The notes under the pieces were generated by a model. It ran no database searches and was not told the origin of the DNA. It worked only from the letters and a program-made list of their open reading frames with translations. DNA of 64,000 nt from an uncultured delta proteobacterium (GTDB taxonomy: Bacteria > Myxococcota_A > Polyangia > Polyangiales > Polyangiaceae): assembly GCA_963841435.1 (NCBI GenBank), contig CAWJCS010000006.1, forward strand, positions 1,760,001 through 1,824,000, read 5' to 3'. The position numbers and the translations under genes were made by a program. Position 1 is the stretch's first letter, and every line of letters starts with the position of its first letter. Positions 20,322-29,969 of the stretch are shown in pieces.

Positions 20322-22202
20322 CCGGGGGGCTGCGGCATCGAGCTCCCGGAGCTCGGCGAGCCGCACCTGAACGATGTCCTCGAGCACCGGGTCCATGCCA
20401 CCGAAACGCTCCATCAACGCCCTGGCCGCCCGCTCGATGGCAGCTCGCTCACCCGTCTGGACGAGGTAGGCGAGACCCTCCTCGAGCGTCGCGCGCGTGA
20501 CGCCCGGCGACACGGTGACGGCCGCCCACGCGGGCGTCGCCACCGCCTGATCGCCGAGCTCCGCCGCGAGGCGCGCGCGCCGCTCGGGATCCCCGTCCTT
20601 GCCGAGCCGACGCAGCTCGTCGCGCGCGCTCACGAGCTCCGGCAGCCGCTGAAGGAGGTACCGTGCCCCACCGTCGCCGCGAGCGGCGAGGTCCGTCAGG
20701 CTCTGCTTGGCATTCTCGATCTTGCCGGCCTGGATCTGGAACACGGCCACGAGGAGCGCATCCTTCGGCGTCACCCGACCCCCGTCGCTCGCGAGCAACC
20801 AGTGGAGCGCCTGGTCGTAGTGGCCGAGCCGCGCGAGACAGAGCGCCGCGTTGTACTGGGCGTCGTGGCGATGCGGATCGTCGTAGTCGAGGGCGCGCTT
20901 CGAGAGGGCGAGCGCGTCGCGGAAGCGTCCCGCTCGAAACTGGAGCCCCGCGAGCTCCACGGCCGCGGCGTTGTTGACGGGCGGCGTCTCGAGGTACGTC
21001 TCGACCCAGAACGCGATTTCGTTCGACCAGACCCGCACCCGTAAGAGCGTCGTCACGAACAGGGCGACGAGCAGCGCGACACCGAGACCGCGAGCGAGCC
21101 GCCGCGCCCGAAACAGCCGCTCGACGCCGGGCGCGAGCGAAAGCGCGAGACCCGCGGCCGGCAGGTAGAGGAAGCGGTCGGCCGCCAGCGTGCGAAGCGG
21201 GATGGGGATGACGTGGAGCACCGGCAAGAGCGCGAACCCGGCGAGCGAAAGCCCGAGCGCTTCGGTACGGCCGATCCGGCTCCACAACCGAGCGAGCCCG
21301 ACTGCGAGCGCAGCGAGCACCACGAGGCCCATCACCGTCCCGAGCACGCTCACTGCCCCGATGCGCCCGATGACGGCACGCGGCTGGAACGGGTCGAGCA
21401 GCATCCACGCGTAGGTCCCGAGCGCTTCGAGCACCACCCGCAGGCGCAAAAGCGCCCCCAGCCGCGTGCCTTCGTCGTGAACGCCCACCACGGCGAGCCG
21501 CAGCCCGAGGTAGCAGACGACGGCAGCGGCGAGCGGGGCGAGCCGCGGGACGAGCAGGCGCAGCCGGGCGCGCAGGGGCACTCCCCGCTCGGCCACCCAC
21601 TCAGCGACACCGAGCGCAAGCGGCGCCGCGAGCGCCGACTCCTTCGAGAGCAGCCCGCCGAGCACGAGCACGGCGGCGGCCACGCGCCGGGCAGGCCCGG
21701 CACCCCAGACGGCGAGCGCGAGGATCGAAAAGAGCCCCGCGAACAGGTCGGCACGCCCCGAGATCCACGCGGCGGCCTCGGCGAGCCGCGGCAAGAGCGC
21801 AAACCCCGCGGCTAGCCCCGTCGCCGTGACCGCGCCGATACCCGAGCGCCGGAGCAGCCAGAGCAGCGCGAGCGCCGCGCCGAGGTGCAGGGCGACGTTC
21901 GTGAGGTGAAGGCCGCCAGCGTTCGTCCCGTGCAGGCGGTGATCGACCGCCAGACTCAGCGTGACGAGCGGCCGGTAATAGCTCGCGCTGACGGGCTGCG
22001 CGCCCTCGCCCGCCCAGAGCGGCCTCGCGAAGAACTCGGACAACCTGCCGCCGTGCTCGACCATGGGGGCGTCGAGAATGAGCAGACGATCATCCCAAAC
22101 CAGCGTTCCCCCAAGCGCTTCCACGTAGGGAACCAGAACAGCGATGACGACGACGAGCGCAGCAAGCACACCCCACTCTTTCCCGGGCTCCGCGGCGCTC
22201 AA
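20292..22202 (-). CDS. TMTC-like (DUF1736-type) GT-C glycosyltransferase with C-terminal TPRs
   Basis: LVWDD, YYRPLVTLS, HLTNVALH, EAAAWISGRADL, LLSKESA, ADRFLYLP, VWSNE..FW, then TPRs (AQYNAALCLARLGHYDQA). Confidence 0.8.
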   Translation of the reverse strand: MSAAEPGKEWGVLAALVVVIAVLVPYVEALGGTLVWDDRLLILDAPMVEHGGRLSEFFARPLWAGEGAQPVSASYYRPLVTLSLAVDHRLHGTNAGGLHLTNVALHLGAALALLWLLRRSGIGAVTATGLAAGFALLPRLAEAAAWISGRADLFAGLFSILALAVWGAGPARRVAAAVLVLGGLLSKESALAAPLALGVAEWVAERGVPLRARLRLLVPRLAPLAAAVVCYLGLRLAVVGVHDEGTRLGALLRLRVVLEALGTYAWMLLDPFQPRAVIGRIGAVSVLGTVMGLVVLAALAVGLARLWSRIGRTEALGLSLAGFALLPVLHVIPIPLRTLAADRFLYLPAAGLALSLAPGVERLFRARRLARGLGVALLVALFVTTLLRVRVWSNEIAFWVETYLETPPVNNAAAVELAGLQFRAGRFRDALALSKRALDYDDPHRHDAQYNAALCLARLGHYDQALHWLLASDGGRVTPKDALLVAVFQIQAGKIENAKQSLTDLAARGDGGARYLLQRLPELVSARDELRRLGKDGDPERRARLAAELGDQAVATPAWAAVTVSPGVTRATLEEGLAYLVQTGERAAIERAARALMERFGGMDPVLEDIVQVRLAELRELDAAAPRLGLARGPAS

Positions 22203-22206
22203 AGCA

Positions 22207-22248
22207 CAAAAACGAACCGGGCCCCTTGCCTATCGGCAAGGGACCCGG
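22207..22248 (-). terminator. Rho-independent terminator downstream of pilA
   Basis: Plus-strand stem CCGGGCCCCTTGCC-TATC-GGCAAGGGACCCGG (one mismatch as DNA, G-U on the minus transcript), followed on the minus strand by TTCGTTTTT. Confidence 0.75.
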
Positions 22249-22272
22249 CTCTCGAACCCCGAGCGGGTTGGG

Positions 22273-22851
22273 CTATTCCTCGGGGTCGGCGGGCTCGTCC
22301 ATCGTCGTCGCGAGACGCAGCACGCCGCTCAGCATGGCGCCGCGGTACATCCACGCGCCACCAGGCGTGCCGTCGGCGTCGAGGTCGCCGATGGCAATGG
22401 CCGAGAAGCCGTTGCCGTTAGCCGTGTTCGTCGGATCCGGCGCGACGTAGTTGTATTGGTAATATACCGGATCGTTGAGCGAGAAGCGCAGGCAGCGCCA
22501 CCCGTCCCCATTCCAGTCGTCCGGATTGGGCTGCACCTTCTTGCCCTTCGGCACGCCGACCGACGGCACGGCGCTCGCGCTATCGCACATGCGGTGCACG
22601 GCGTTCGAGCCACCGTTGGCCGCCGCAAGCGTGGCCGTCATCGACTCGCGCTCGAACGCCGACACGGCGTCCTTGCCGAGGCGACCGAGGTTGTTCTTGG
22701 CCTCGCCGGTCTTGGCGTTGGTCAGGTACTTCTTCACGCCGTAGATGGCGAGCGCGGCCAGAATGCCGATGATCGCAACCACGATCATGAGCTCGACCAG
22801 TGTAAAGCCTCGTTTGGCGCGGAGCTTGGCGCGCAATCTCATTATCCTCAT
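22273..22851 (-). CDS. pilA: Type IV major pilin
   Basis: Basic leader then G|FTLVELMIVVAIIGILAALAI; AKTGEAKNNL; Cys pair; strong RBS and its own terminator. Alternative start 22842. Confidence 0.85.
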   Translation of the reverse strand: MRIMRLRAKLRAKRGFTLVELMIVVAIIGILAALAIYGVKKYLTNAKTGEAKNNLGRLGKDAVSAFERESMTATLAAANGGSNAVHRMCDSASAVPSVGVPKGKKVQPNPDDWNGDGWRCLRFSLNDPVYYQYNYVAPDPTNTANGNGFSAIAIGDLDADGTPGGAWMYRGAMLSGVLRLATTMDEPADPEE

Positions 22852-22945
22852 CCGTCGTTCCTTTCGTTGGGGTGGCTCGTTCGAAGACGCGACAAGCCAC
22901 CCGACTCGTCGCTCCTTGCCGCAAGGCGGCGCGTGACAGACTTCT

Positions 22946-23623
22946 TCATTCGGTCTCGTTCTCCGAATAGATGGCGTCGTTGAAGTTCGAGCCGATGAAG
23001 AGGGCGTAGGTTCCGTTGCCATCGCGGTCGGCCATGGCGCGCACGACGTACCAGTTGGGCGCGGTCCCGGGCAGGCTGCCCGCCGTCGCGCCGAGCACTC
23101 CCGCCGACGGCACGCCGGCGCCCTGCCCCGCTTGGCACGCATAGCCGAACTGCACGAGCGTGCTCGGGACGACACCGAGCTGTCTCCACCTCGCGAGCTC
23201 CGTGGCGTTGCCGACGTCCCACGCCATCTTGATGTTCTTGCTGAGGTCCGCCTTCGCGGCGAAGGGGAAAAAGGAGCCCGAGGCCTGGTCGACGCTGCTC
23301 ACGTCCAGGTAGCGAAAGCGCTCGTCCTTGTACTGCTCTTGGGCGGCGCGCACGCTGTTGATGATCTCGATGGCTTCCGAGGTTTGGCTGGCGAGCACGT
23401 ACTTTCTGACTCCGTAGACGGCGAGCGAGGCGAGGATCGCGATGATCGCGACGACCACCATGAGCTCGGTCAACGTGAAGCCACGCTCAAACGCCGATCG
23501 AGCCCGAAGGGTCACGCCCAGGAGCTGCAGGTGCCGTGCCAGGCGGCCGGATCGGCTCCGCCACCGCGCGCCCCGCGCATCGAAGTCGGCGGCGCTACCC
23601 GAACCCCCCGGAATCGCCGTCAA
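22946..23623 (-). CDS. Type IV pilin (paralogue/minor); start uncertain
   Basis: RG|FTLTELMVVVAIIAILASLAVYGVRKY..SEA....SVRAAQEQY; C-terminal AMADRDGNG. Confidence 0.85.
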   Translation of the reverse strand: MTAIPGGSGSAADFDARGARWRSRSGRLARHLQLLGVTLRARSAFERGFTLTELMVVVAIIAILASLAVYGVRKYVLASQTSEAIEIINSVRAAQEQYKDERFRYLDVSSVDQASGSFFPFAAKADLSKNIKMAWDVGNATELARWRQLGVVPSTLVQFGYACQAGQGAGVPSAGVLGATAGSLPGTAPNWYVVRAMADRDGNGTYALFIGSNFNDAIYSENETE

Positions 23624-23753
23624 AATCGACTTCGAGCGTGTCGTGCGAGGAGCTCGTTGGCCCCACGTCTACCCACAGCTGCTGACAGTGGCACCGTGCC
23701 GCAAATCGTCACTCCGAAGCTGAGATCTGCCGAATTTCGTCGCCCGACCGGCG

Positions 23754-24350
23754 TCATTCTCCATCGTTGATGGTCACGACCTTTGGCGTCCAGCTTGCGG
23801 CCGCGACGTAGGAGAACGTCGTGTCCCCGTCGGCGTCGGCGCGCGCCTGGATGAGGTACCAGGGCTCGTTCGGGGCGACGGGTGGCAGCGTGATGGCTGC
23901 CGTGGCCATGTTCGGCGTGGGATCCTCGTCGGGGTTACCCGCATCCGCGCGGAACTGAAATTCCACCCTCTGGCGAATGTCGGGGTTTAGCCGGTACCAG
24001 TCGTCGCTGCGCGAGTCTCCACCGCCACGCGCGGCCATCCAGAACGAGCTCTTCTGGTTCGGCGGCGGCAGGTCCGGATACCACTGGCTCGCGTTCGGAA
24101 CGTCGTAATAGACCTGATTCAGTGCTCGATACTGCTCCTCGGCCGCGGCGATCGACTTGACGACCACGATCGCCCCCGCGACGTTGGACTCGTTCGCGCG
24201 TTTCCTGAGGCCGGCGACCGCAAGGGCCGCAAGGATGCCGATGATCGCCACCACGACCATGACCTCGACGAGCGTGAAACCGTCGCAAGCCCGTCGCCCT
24301 CGGAAAACCCCGCCGGGATGACGAAAGCCCATCGGATCACAGGATAGCAT
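23754..24350 (-). CDS. Type IV pilin (paralogue/minor)
   Basis: DG|FTLVEVMVVVAIIGILAALAV; SIAAAEEQY; C-terminal ARADADGD; ATG overlaps the pilR stop. Confidence 0.85.
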   Translation of the reverse strand: MLSCDPMGFRHPGGVFRGRRACDGFTLVEVMVVVAIIGILAALAVAGLRKRANESNVAGAIVVVKSIAAAEEQYRALNQVYYDVPNASQWYPDLPPPNQKSSFWMAARGGGDSRSDDWYRLNPDIRQRVEFQFRADAGNPDEDPTPNMATAAITLPPVAPNEPWYLIQARADADGDTTFSYVAAASWTPKVVTINDGE

Positions 24351-25798
24351 CAGCTCTCGCCTTCGTCTGCCTCTCCTTGGTCGCTCGGAGGGCTTTCGTC
24401 GTCGGATGCGCCGAGGCCGTGCTTCGCGAGACGGTAGCGCAGGCTCCGGAACGTCACGCCGAGCATCTTCGCCGCCTGCGTGCGCACGCCGCCCGTGCGC
24501 TCGAGCGCGGCAATCACGAGTCTTCGCTCCGCTTCGTGAAGCACGGCGTCGAGCTCGCAACCTTCGGGACCCAGCCCCAACAAGCCATGGTCCGGAGCGC
24601 CGAGCTGACCGCTCAGCTCGGCAGGCAGGTCGCCAAGCCCCACGACGCGCGCCCCCGCGAGCGCCACCGCTCGTTCCACCACGTTCTCGAGCTCGCGCAC
24701 GTTTCCCGGGTAAGCGTAGCGTTCGATCGCACGCAACGCGTCCGGGGTGAACCCGACGACGTCTTTGCCCATCTCCTCGGAGAACCGGCGCAAGAAACGC
24801 TCGGCGAGCAGCGGGATGTCCTCGCGCCGCTCGCGGAGCGGGGGCAACGTGAGGCGGATCACGTTGAGGCGATAGTAGAGATCCTGCCGGAAACGACCGG
24901 CCTCGACGTCGGCCTCGACATCACGATTGGTCGCCGCGAGGACGCGGACGTCGACGGGCACCTCGCTCGAAGCCCCCACGGCCCTGACGGCGCGCTCCTG
25001 AAGCACGCGGAGCAGCTTCACCTGCAGGCTCAGCGGCAATTCGCCGATCTCGTCGAGCAGCACGGTGCCGCCCTCGGCTTCGCGCAGCAGCCCTGCCCGC
25101 CGCTTGTCGGCGCCCGTGAACGCCCCTTTCTCGTGGCCGAACAGCTCGCTCTCCATCAACGCTTCGGGCAGCGCCCCGCAATTGACGACCAGAAAGGGTC
25201 CGCTCGCCCGTTCCGACTGTCGATGAATCGCGCGGGCGACGCGCTCCTTGCCCGTGCCGCTCTCGCCGGTGATGAGCACCGTGGCGCGCGTCCGGGCGAC
25301 GCGCTCGACGACCTCGAGGACCTTCTGGAAGGAGGGGCTTTTGCCGGCGAGCTCGCGCTCCCTCTCCCCGCGCACCTGCGCGCGCAGGCGCAGATTCTCC
25401 GTGGTCAGCGCGCTCTTCTCGAGCGCCTTCTCGACGAGCGCTGCGAGCTCGTTCGGCTGGAACGGCTTCGCGACGAAGTCGTAGACCCCGGAGCGCATCG
25501 CCAGGATGGCATTCTCGACCGTCGAATGGGCCGTCAGGAGCACGACCTCCGTCGCCGCGCTGCGCCCCCGCGCGACCGACACGAGGTCGAGACCCGAGCC
25601 GTCGGGCATCGATAGATCGGTGAGCACGACGGGAAAAGGCTGCGGCTGGCCGAGAATCGCCTCGCAAGCGGCACGATAGCCGGGCGCGGTGACCACGGTG
25701 TAGCCCTCGCGGCGAAACATGATTTCGAGCATCTGCCGGAGGCTCGGCTCGTCCTCGACGACGAGCAGCTTGACCGGGGGCGGGACGATCGAGGTCAC
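24350..25798 (-). CDS. pilR: Sigma-54-dependent response regulator (NtrC family), PilR by context
   Basis: REC (LVVEDE, DLSMPD), AAA+ ([50 protein letters not shown]), Fis HTH ([16 protein letters not shown]); directly upstream of pilins. Confidence 0.85.
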   Translation of the reverse strand: MTSIVPPPVKLLVVEDEPSLRQMLEIMFRREGYTVVTAPGYRAACEAILGQPQPFPVVLTDLSMPDGSGLDLVSVARGRSAATEVVLLTAHSTVENAILAMRSGVYDFVAKPFQPNELAALVEKALEKSALTTENLRLRAQVRGERERELAGKSPSFQKVLEVVERVARTRATVLITGESGTGKERVARAIHRQSERASGPFLVVNCGALPEALMESELFGHEKGAFTGADKRRAGLLREAEGGTVLLDEIGELPLSLQVKLLRVLQERAVRAVGASSEVPVDVRVLAATNRDVEADVEAGRFRQDLYYRLNVIRLTLPPLRERREDIPLLAERFLRRFSEEMGKDVVGFTPDALRAIERYAYPGNVRELENVVERAVALAGARVVGLGDLPAELSGQLGAPDHGLLGLGPEGCELDAVLHEAERRLVIAALERTGGVRTQAAKMLGVTFRSLRYRLAKHGLGASDDESPPSDQGEADEGES

Positions 25799-25891
25799 GG
25801 ACGAGAGAACGCTAACATGGAGCGTATTCGAGAATTTTTGTCCGTCTCGCATTGTCCTTGCAAGCGCGGCGGTTCGCTCTACTTTTCCAGG

Positions 25892-27562
25892 GTGAGCCTC
25901 GAGCGCGCCCGGACCCCCCTCGCCTGGGCTCGGGCTCTGTGCGCCGGCGCCCTGCTCGCCGCCCTCGCCACGCTGCTCGGTGCCTGCGCCGGCGCCGCGG
26001 GCGACGCCGGCGACAACGGCGGCGTCGGGGGCAGCGGCGGTCGCGCTGGCAGCGGCGGGATCCCTGCCCTCGGCCCCACTCTCTCCTTCCCCGATCCGGA
26101 CCCACTCTCGCTCGAGCGCGGCAAGACGGCGACGCTCGAGGTGCTGGCGGAGCCGGCCGGCATCTACACGGTGCGCTTCGCGCTGCTGCCCGGCCCCGAG
26201 GGTACGTCACCCGGCGACGCCGCCCTCAGCGCCACCGACCTCATGACCGACGCCGGCGGTGTCGTCGCCGTCGAGCTCACCGCTCCGACCGCACCCACGA
26301 CCTTCGCCGTGCGCGCCTCGGCCACGGGCTCGATGCCCGTGCAGCGGCTCGTCCAGGTGCAAAAGACCGGCAAGGCAGATCTCAGGGTGGTCGCCGAATA
26401 CTCCGGCGGCCGCGAGGTGACGCGCTGGTACGCCACGGCGCAGGCGAACCAGACCTGCGCCAGCTTGCCGGACGAGCCGCTCAACGACAATTTCGACTGG
26501 ACGGCATCCTCGACGAACGAGCCGATCGACCATGTGGACCTGCTCGATGTCGTCGCCGACACCCCGCTCGCCGTCCTCTTGCGCGCCGAGCACTACGCGT
26601 GGGGCTGTGTCACGTTGCCCGGTGTCACCGAGGGCGTCGACAACCGCGTGCAGGTGCCGGTCACCAACGTGCCCATTCAGCTCGCGAGCAGCGAAATTTC
26701 GGTATCGTTCGACTTCGACGGCTACGCCGGCGCGCTGCTCGCGGCGCTCGAGCCGACGCGAGTCGCCGTCCTCGACGGCCTCGTCGGGAGTCGCGAGGAC
26801 GACGTCGAGGCGCTGCTCGACGCCATGCACGAGGCGAGCACGGGCGACCAAACGAGCTTCGCGTCGGCCCGCACCGCCGAACGCTGGGACGCCGTGCTCC
26901 GCACGGAGATCGGGAGCAGCGCGCCACGCTTCCTTCGCGATCCGCTCGACCGCTGGCTCACGGCGGGCCTCGACCGCGTCAGCGCGGGCACCCTCGTCGG
27001 CACGCTCGCTTCGACCGGCACTGCCCCCGACGGAGCCGAGCTCACGTTGGCGTCGGTCGCGGGGCTCGACCCCACGGGCCTCGGCTTCGACACGAAGAAC
27101 GCCACCACCTGGTACGCCGCGTCGTCGCCCGCCGACGGGGTGTTCTTCGGGACGACGCTCGCCTTCGCCGCGTCGCGCCTCGTCGTGGGGGCCGCCGAGC
27201 CCCCCGCGCTCGACGAGCAGCCGGCGGTGAAGGATCTCGCGGGCGCGCTCGCGGCCGCGCTGCCATGCAGCGCCGTAGCCGACGCTTTGACGGCGCATGG
27301 GCAGGCGCTAGGCGAGTCGTACGCGGGTTGCGACGCCACGTGCACCGAAGCGCTCTGCGGCGTCGCGCTCGACGCCATCGTGCTCGATCTCGCCGGTCTT
27401 TCCGGCTCTAGCCGTGCGAAGCTCGATCTGGCCGGCGCAGCTGACGCGCGCGTGGGGTCGGAGGCCGAGGTCGTAGCGCTCGACGGCACGTGGGTCGGGG
27501 ACCTAGCCATCGACAGCGACGCCGCATCGCTCGGCGGCTTGGTCGTCGCGCCGGCCCCCTAG
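25892..27562 (+). CDS. Hypothetical secreted lipoprotein
   Basis: Lipobox LLGAC, Gly-rich linker, Ig-like beta region, Cys-containing C-terminus; TACTTT 6 nt before GTG. Confidence 0.65.
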   Translation: MSLERARTPLAWARALCAGALLAALATLLGACAGAAGDAGDNGGVGGSGGRAGSGGIPALGPTLSFPDPDPLSLERGKTATLEVLAEPAGIYTVRFALLPGPEGTSPGDAALSATDLMTDAGGVVAVELTAPTAPTTFAVRASATGSMPVQRLVQVQKTGKADLRVVAEYSGGREVTRWYATAQANQTCASLPDEPLNDNFDWTASSTNEPIDHVDLLDVVADTPLAVLLRAEHYAWGCVTLPGVTEGVDNRVQVPVTNVPIQLASSEISVSFDFDGYAGALLAALEPTRVAVLDGLVGSREDDVEALLDAMHEASTGDQTSFASARTAERWDAVLRTEIGSSAPRFLRDPLDRWLTAGLDRVSAGTLVGTLASTGTAPDGAELTLASVAGLDPTGLGFDTKNATTWYAASSPADGVFFGTTLAFAASRLVVGAAEPPALDEQPAVKDLAGALAAALPCSAVADALTAHGQALGESYAGCDATCTEALCGVALDAIVLDLAGLSGSSRAKLDLAGAADARVGSEAEVVALDGTWVGDLAIDSDAASLGGLVVAPAP

Positions 27563-27621
27563 CGTCCGCGACGATCGTCGTTCGTGGACGAACGGGTCGA
27601 GCCGCGAAAGCTTCGGTGCGC

Positions 27622-28809
27622 TCAACCCGCAATGCTGGCGCGCGCGATGCGGACCTGAATCGCCAGCGCGAAGGCGGTGAGCGCCTCCGTGGGCGACACC
27701 GCCCGTCCGCTGCGCGCGTCGCGGGCCAGCGCGCGAAACTCGAGGTAACGGCGCCCGTCGATGCCGAGCACGAGCGCCACCGTCGCCGGGTCGCGCGGGG
27801 CGTCGTTGGTCCCGAGTGCGGCCGCCGCGCCGGCGAGCGAGCGCGCCACGAGCGCTTCACAGGCCCTGAGCGCGAAGGCCGGGTCACCGGCACTGAGCGC
27901 CGCCTCGAGCTCGCGAACCTGAGGACGCTCCCCGACGGGCCAGAGTAGCTCGAAGCCGATGGCGCCCGCCGGCGGCGCGCTCTCGACGCGCGCCGGGCGC
28001 TCCGGCAGGGGTGAGCGCCGTACCTCGCCGAGCGCGGCGCGCGCCGCGGCTTCGCCGGCATCGGCGTCCGGCAGCTGCGAGAGCCGAAGCTCGGCGGCCG
28101 TGGACCGCGCTTCCGGCGCGGCCCGGTCTTCGCTGCGCCGGTCGAGCTCCGCGCCCCGAAGCGCCTCCGCCATGCCGCCCTCGGCGGACGCGAGCGTCGC
28201 GACGAGCCCGGCGGTCACCTCGGGCATGCGGGTCTCGAAGTCGTCGAGCACGGCGCGCGTCACCGCCTCCAGCGCCTCGTACACGCCCTCGCCTTTGGTG
28301 GCGATGCCCGCGAACGACGGTGCGCGCTCCGCGTTCAGCTGCTGCTCGAGGTCCCGGATCGACATCGCGTCGATGAGGTCGCGCTTGTTGAAGACCACGA
28401 CGTGGGGCAAGAGCGAGAGCTCGCGTCCGTGCGCCTCGAGGTTTTCTCGCAGATTTTGCAGGCTTTCGAGGTTGGCGTCGCTGCGCCCGAGCTGCGAATC
28501 GAACACCAAAACCAGGCCGTCGACACCCGTGAGCACGAGCTTGCGCGTGGCGTTGTAATAGACCTGGCCCGGCACCGTGAAGAGCTGGAGCCGAACGCTC
28601 ATGCCGCGCACGCTGGGCAGGCGGAGCGGCAAGAAGTCGAAGTACAGCGTGCGATCGACGGGCGTCGCCAGGCTGACGAGCTTGCCGCGGTGGTCGGGGC
28701 GCGCGGTCGCGTGAATGTGCTCGAGGTTGGTCGTCTTGCCGCCGAGGCCGGGCCCGTAATAGACGATCTTGAAGATGACCTCGCGGGCGAGCGGGTTGAC
28801 GACGGGCAT
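27622..28809 (-). CDS. mglA: MglA-family small GTPase with ~200-aa C-terminal extension
   Basis: KIVYYGPGLGGKTTNL, RTLYFDFLP, FTVPGQVYYNATRKLVL, FDSQ, NKRDL. Paralogue; no mglB adjacent. Confidence 0.85.
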   Translation of the reverse strand: MPVVNPLAREVIFKIVYYGPGLGGKTTNLEHIHATARPDHRGKLVSLATPVDRTLYFDFLPLRLPSVRGMSVRLQLFTVPGQVYYNATRKLVLTGVDGLVLVFDSQLGRSDANLESLQNLRENLEAHGRELSLLPHVVVFNKRDLIDAMSIRDLEQQLNAERAPSFAGIATKGEGVYEALEAVTRAVLDDFETRMPEVTAGLVATLASAEGGMAEALRGAELDRRSEDRAAPEARSTAAELRLSQLPDADAGEAAARAALGEVRRSPLPERPARVESAPPAGAIGFELLWPVGERPQVRELEAALSAGDPAFALRACEALVARSLAGAAAALGTNDAPRDPATVALVLGIDGRRYLEFRALARDARSGRAVSPTEALTAFALAIQVRIARASIAG

Positions 28810-28826
28810 GACGGGCTCGAACGATA

Positions 28827-29661
28827 CTACTCGCTCATCTGTTCGAACGCGCGGATCGACTGCCACGCGGTCGACCGCATCGAAAGTGCCACGGACGCGA
28901 CGCTGGCGACGATCCCGAGCGCGGCGAGCACCGTGACGAGGCGAGTGAGCCGCAGGCTGGCGCGCTCCCGGTAGAGCAGAAAGCCGAGCAGAATGCCGGC
29001 CGCGAACCCGCCGAGGTGCGCGGCGGTATTCACGCTGAGCAAGAACGCGAGCAAGAGCGCGTAGATGAGGTAGCGCACGAGCGCGCGCCGCCACTCGGGA
29101 TCTCGCCGCGCATACAGAATGCCGACGACGGCGCCAATCTCGCCGAACACTCCGCCGCTCGCACCCGCCGTCAGTGGCTCCACGGGGGCGTACCACCACT
29201 GACTTGCCACGAAGCCGAGGATGCCGCTCCCGAGGAACACCAGCACGAAGCGGGCGCTGCCGAGCTCCGCCTCGATTCTGGCGACCGAGGTCGAAGAAGA
29301 CCAGCATGTTCATGCCGACGTGAAGGATCCCCGCGTGAACGAAGACGGCCGAAAGCAGCCGGAACGGCTCGGCCTCCCCCAGGGGTCCGTAGAGCGCGCC
29401 GAAGCGGACCATCGTGGAAAAACGAAAGGCATCGGTGAGGCCGAGCGGTAGACGCCGGTCGGCCACGACGCAGAGCGCAAAAGCGACCAGCTCGAGCGCG
29501 GTGATGAGGCGCGTCATCGGCGCCTCGCGGCCGAGCGCGTCGCCGATCATGCGCCTCAGCGCTTCCTCGGCGGGGCCCGGCAGCCGCCGGCCGCAGCGGT
29601 GGCAGCGGTTCTCGCTCACGCTATTGAGCTCGCGGCAGTGGGGGCAGACGCGGGCAGCCAT
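28827..29661 (-). CDS. Rhomboid intramembrane serine protease with N-terminal zinc ribbon; +1 frameshift at ~29276
   Basis: CPHC..CHRC ribbon; FVHAGILHVGMN, GASGGVFG (catalytic Ser), NTAAHLGGFAAG (catalytic His); repaired junction RQIEAELG. Confidence 0.88.
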
Positions 29662-29969
29662 CGGCGCCGCCTTCGTAACACTACTCAGCCGGTCTTTGGC
29701 ACGAGCAGATCTCGATCCGCCCAAGTCGGCACGAGCTCGGTCAAAAAACCTCCAAAGGTCTGCCTCGACCGGGTCTCGGCGCGCATTCCCCCGTAAGCGC
29801 CGGGGCGTTCGCCCGTTATGCCCTCGTGCTGGCCTTCGCCTCGCTCGGTCTCTCGCCCGCCACGGACGGCGTGGCGACCGCCTGGCCGCGGGCGGCCCCC
29901 CCGCGGACCGCGTCCGAGCCCCCTCAGACTGCCGCGAGCGAGCAAAGGCGGCCTGCTAGAGTGCCGCGT

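Noticed and set aside
27622-29724. Apparent 700-aa rhomboid-MglA fusion in the ORF track
   Set aside because: Created by the +1 frameshift at ~29276; the repaired rhomboid stops at 28827 and MglA starts at 28809.
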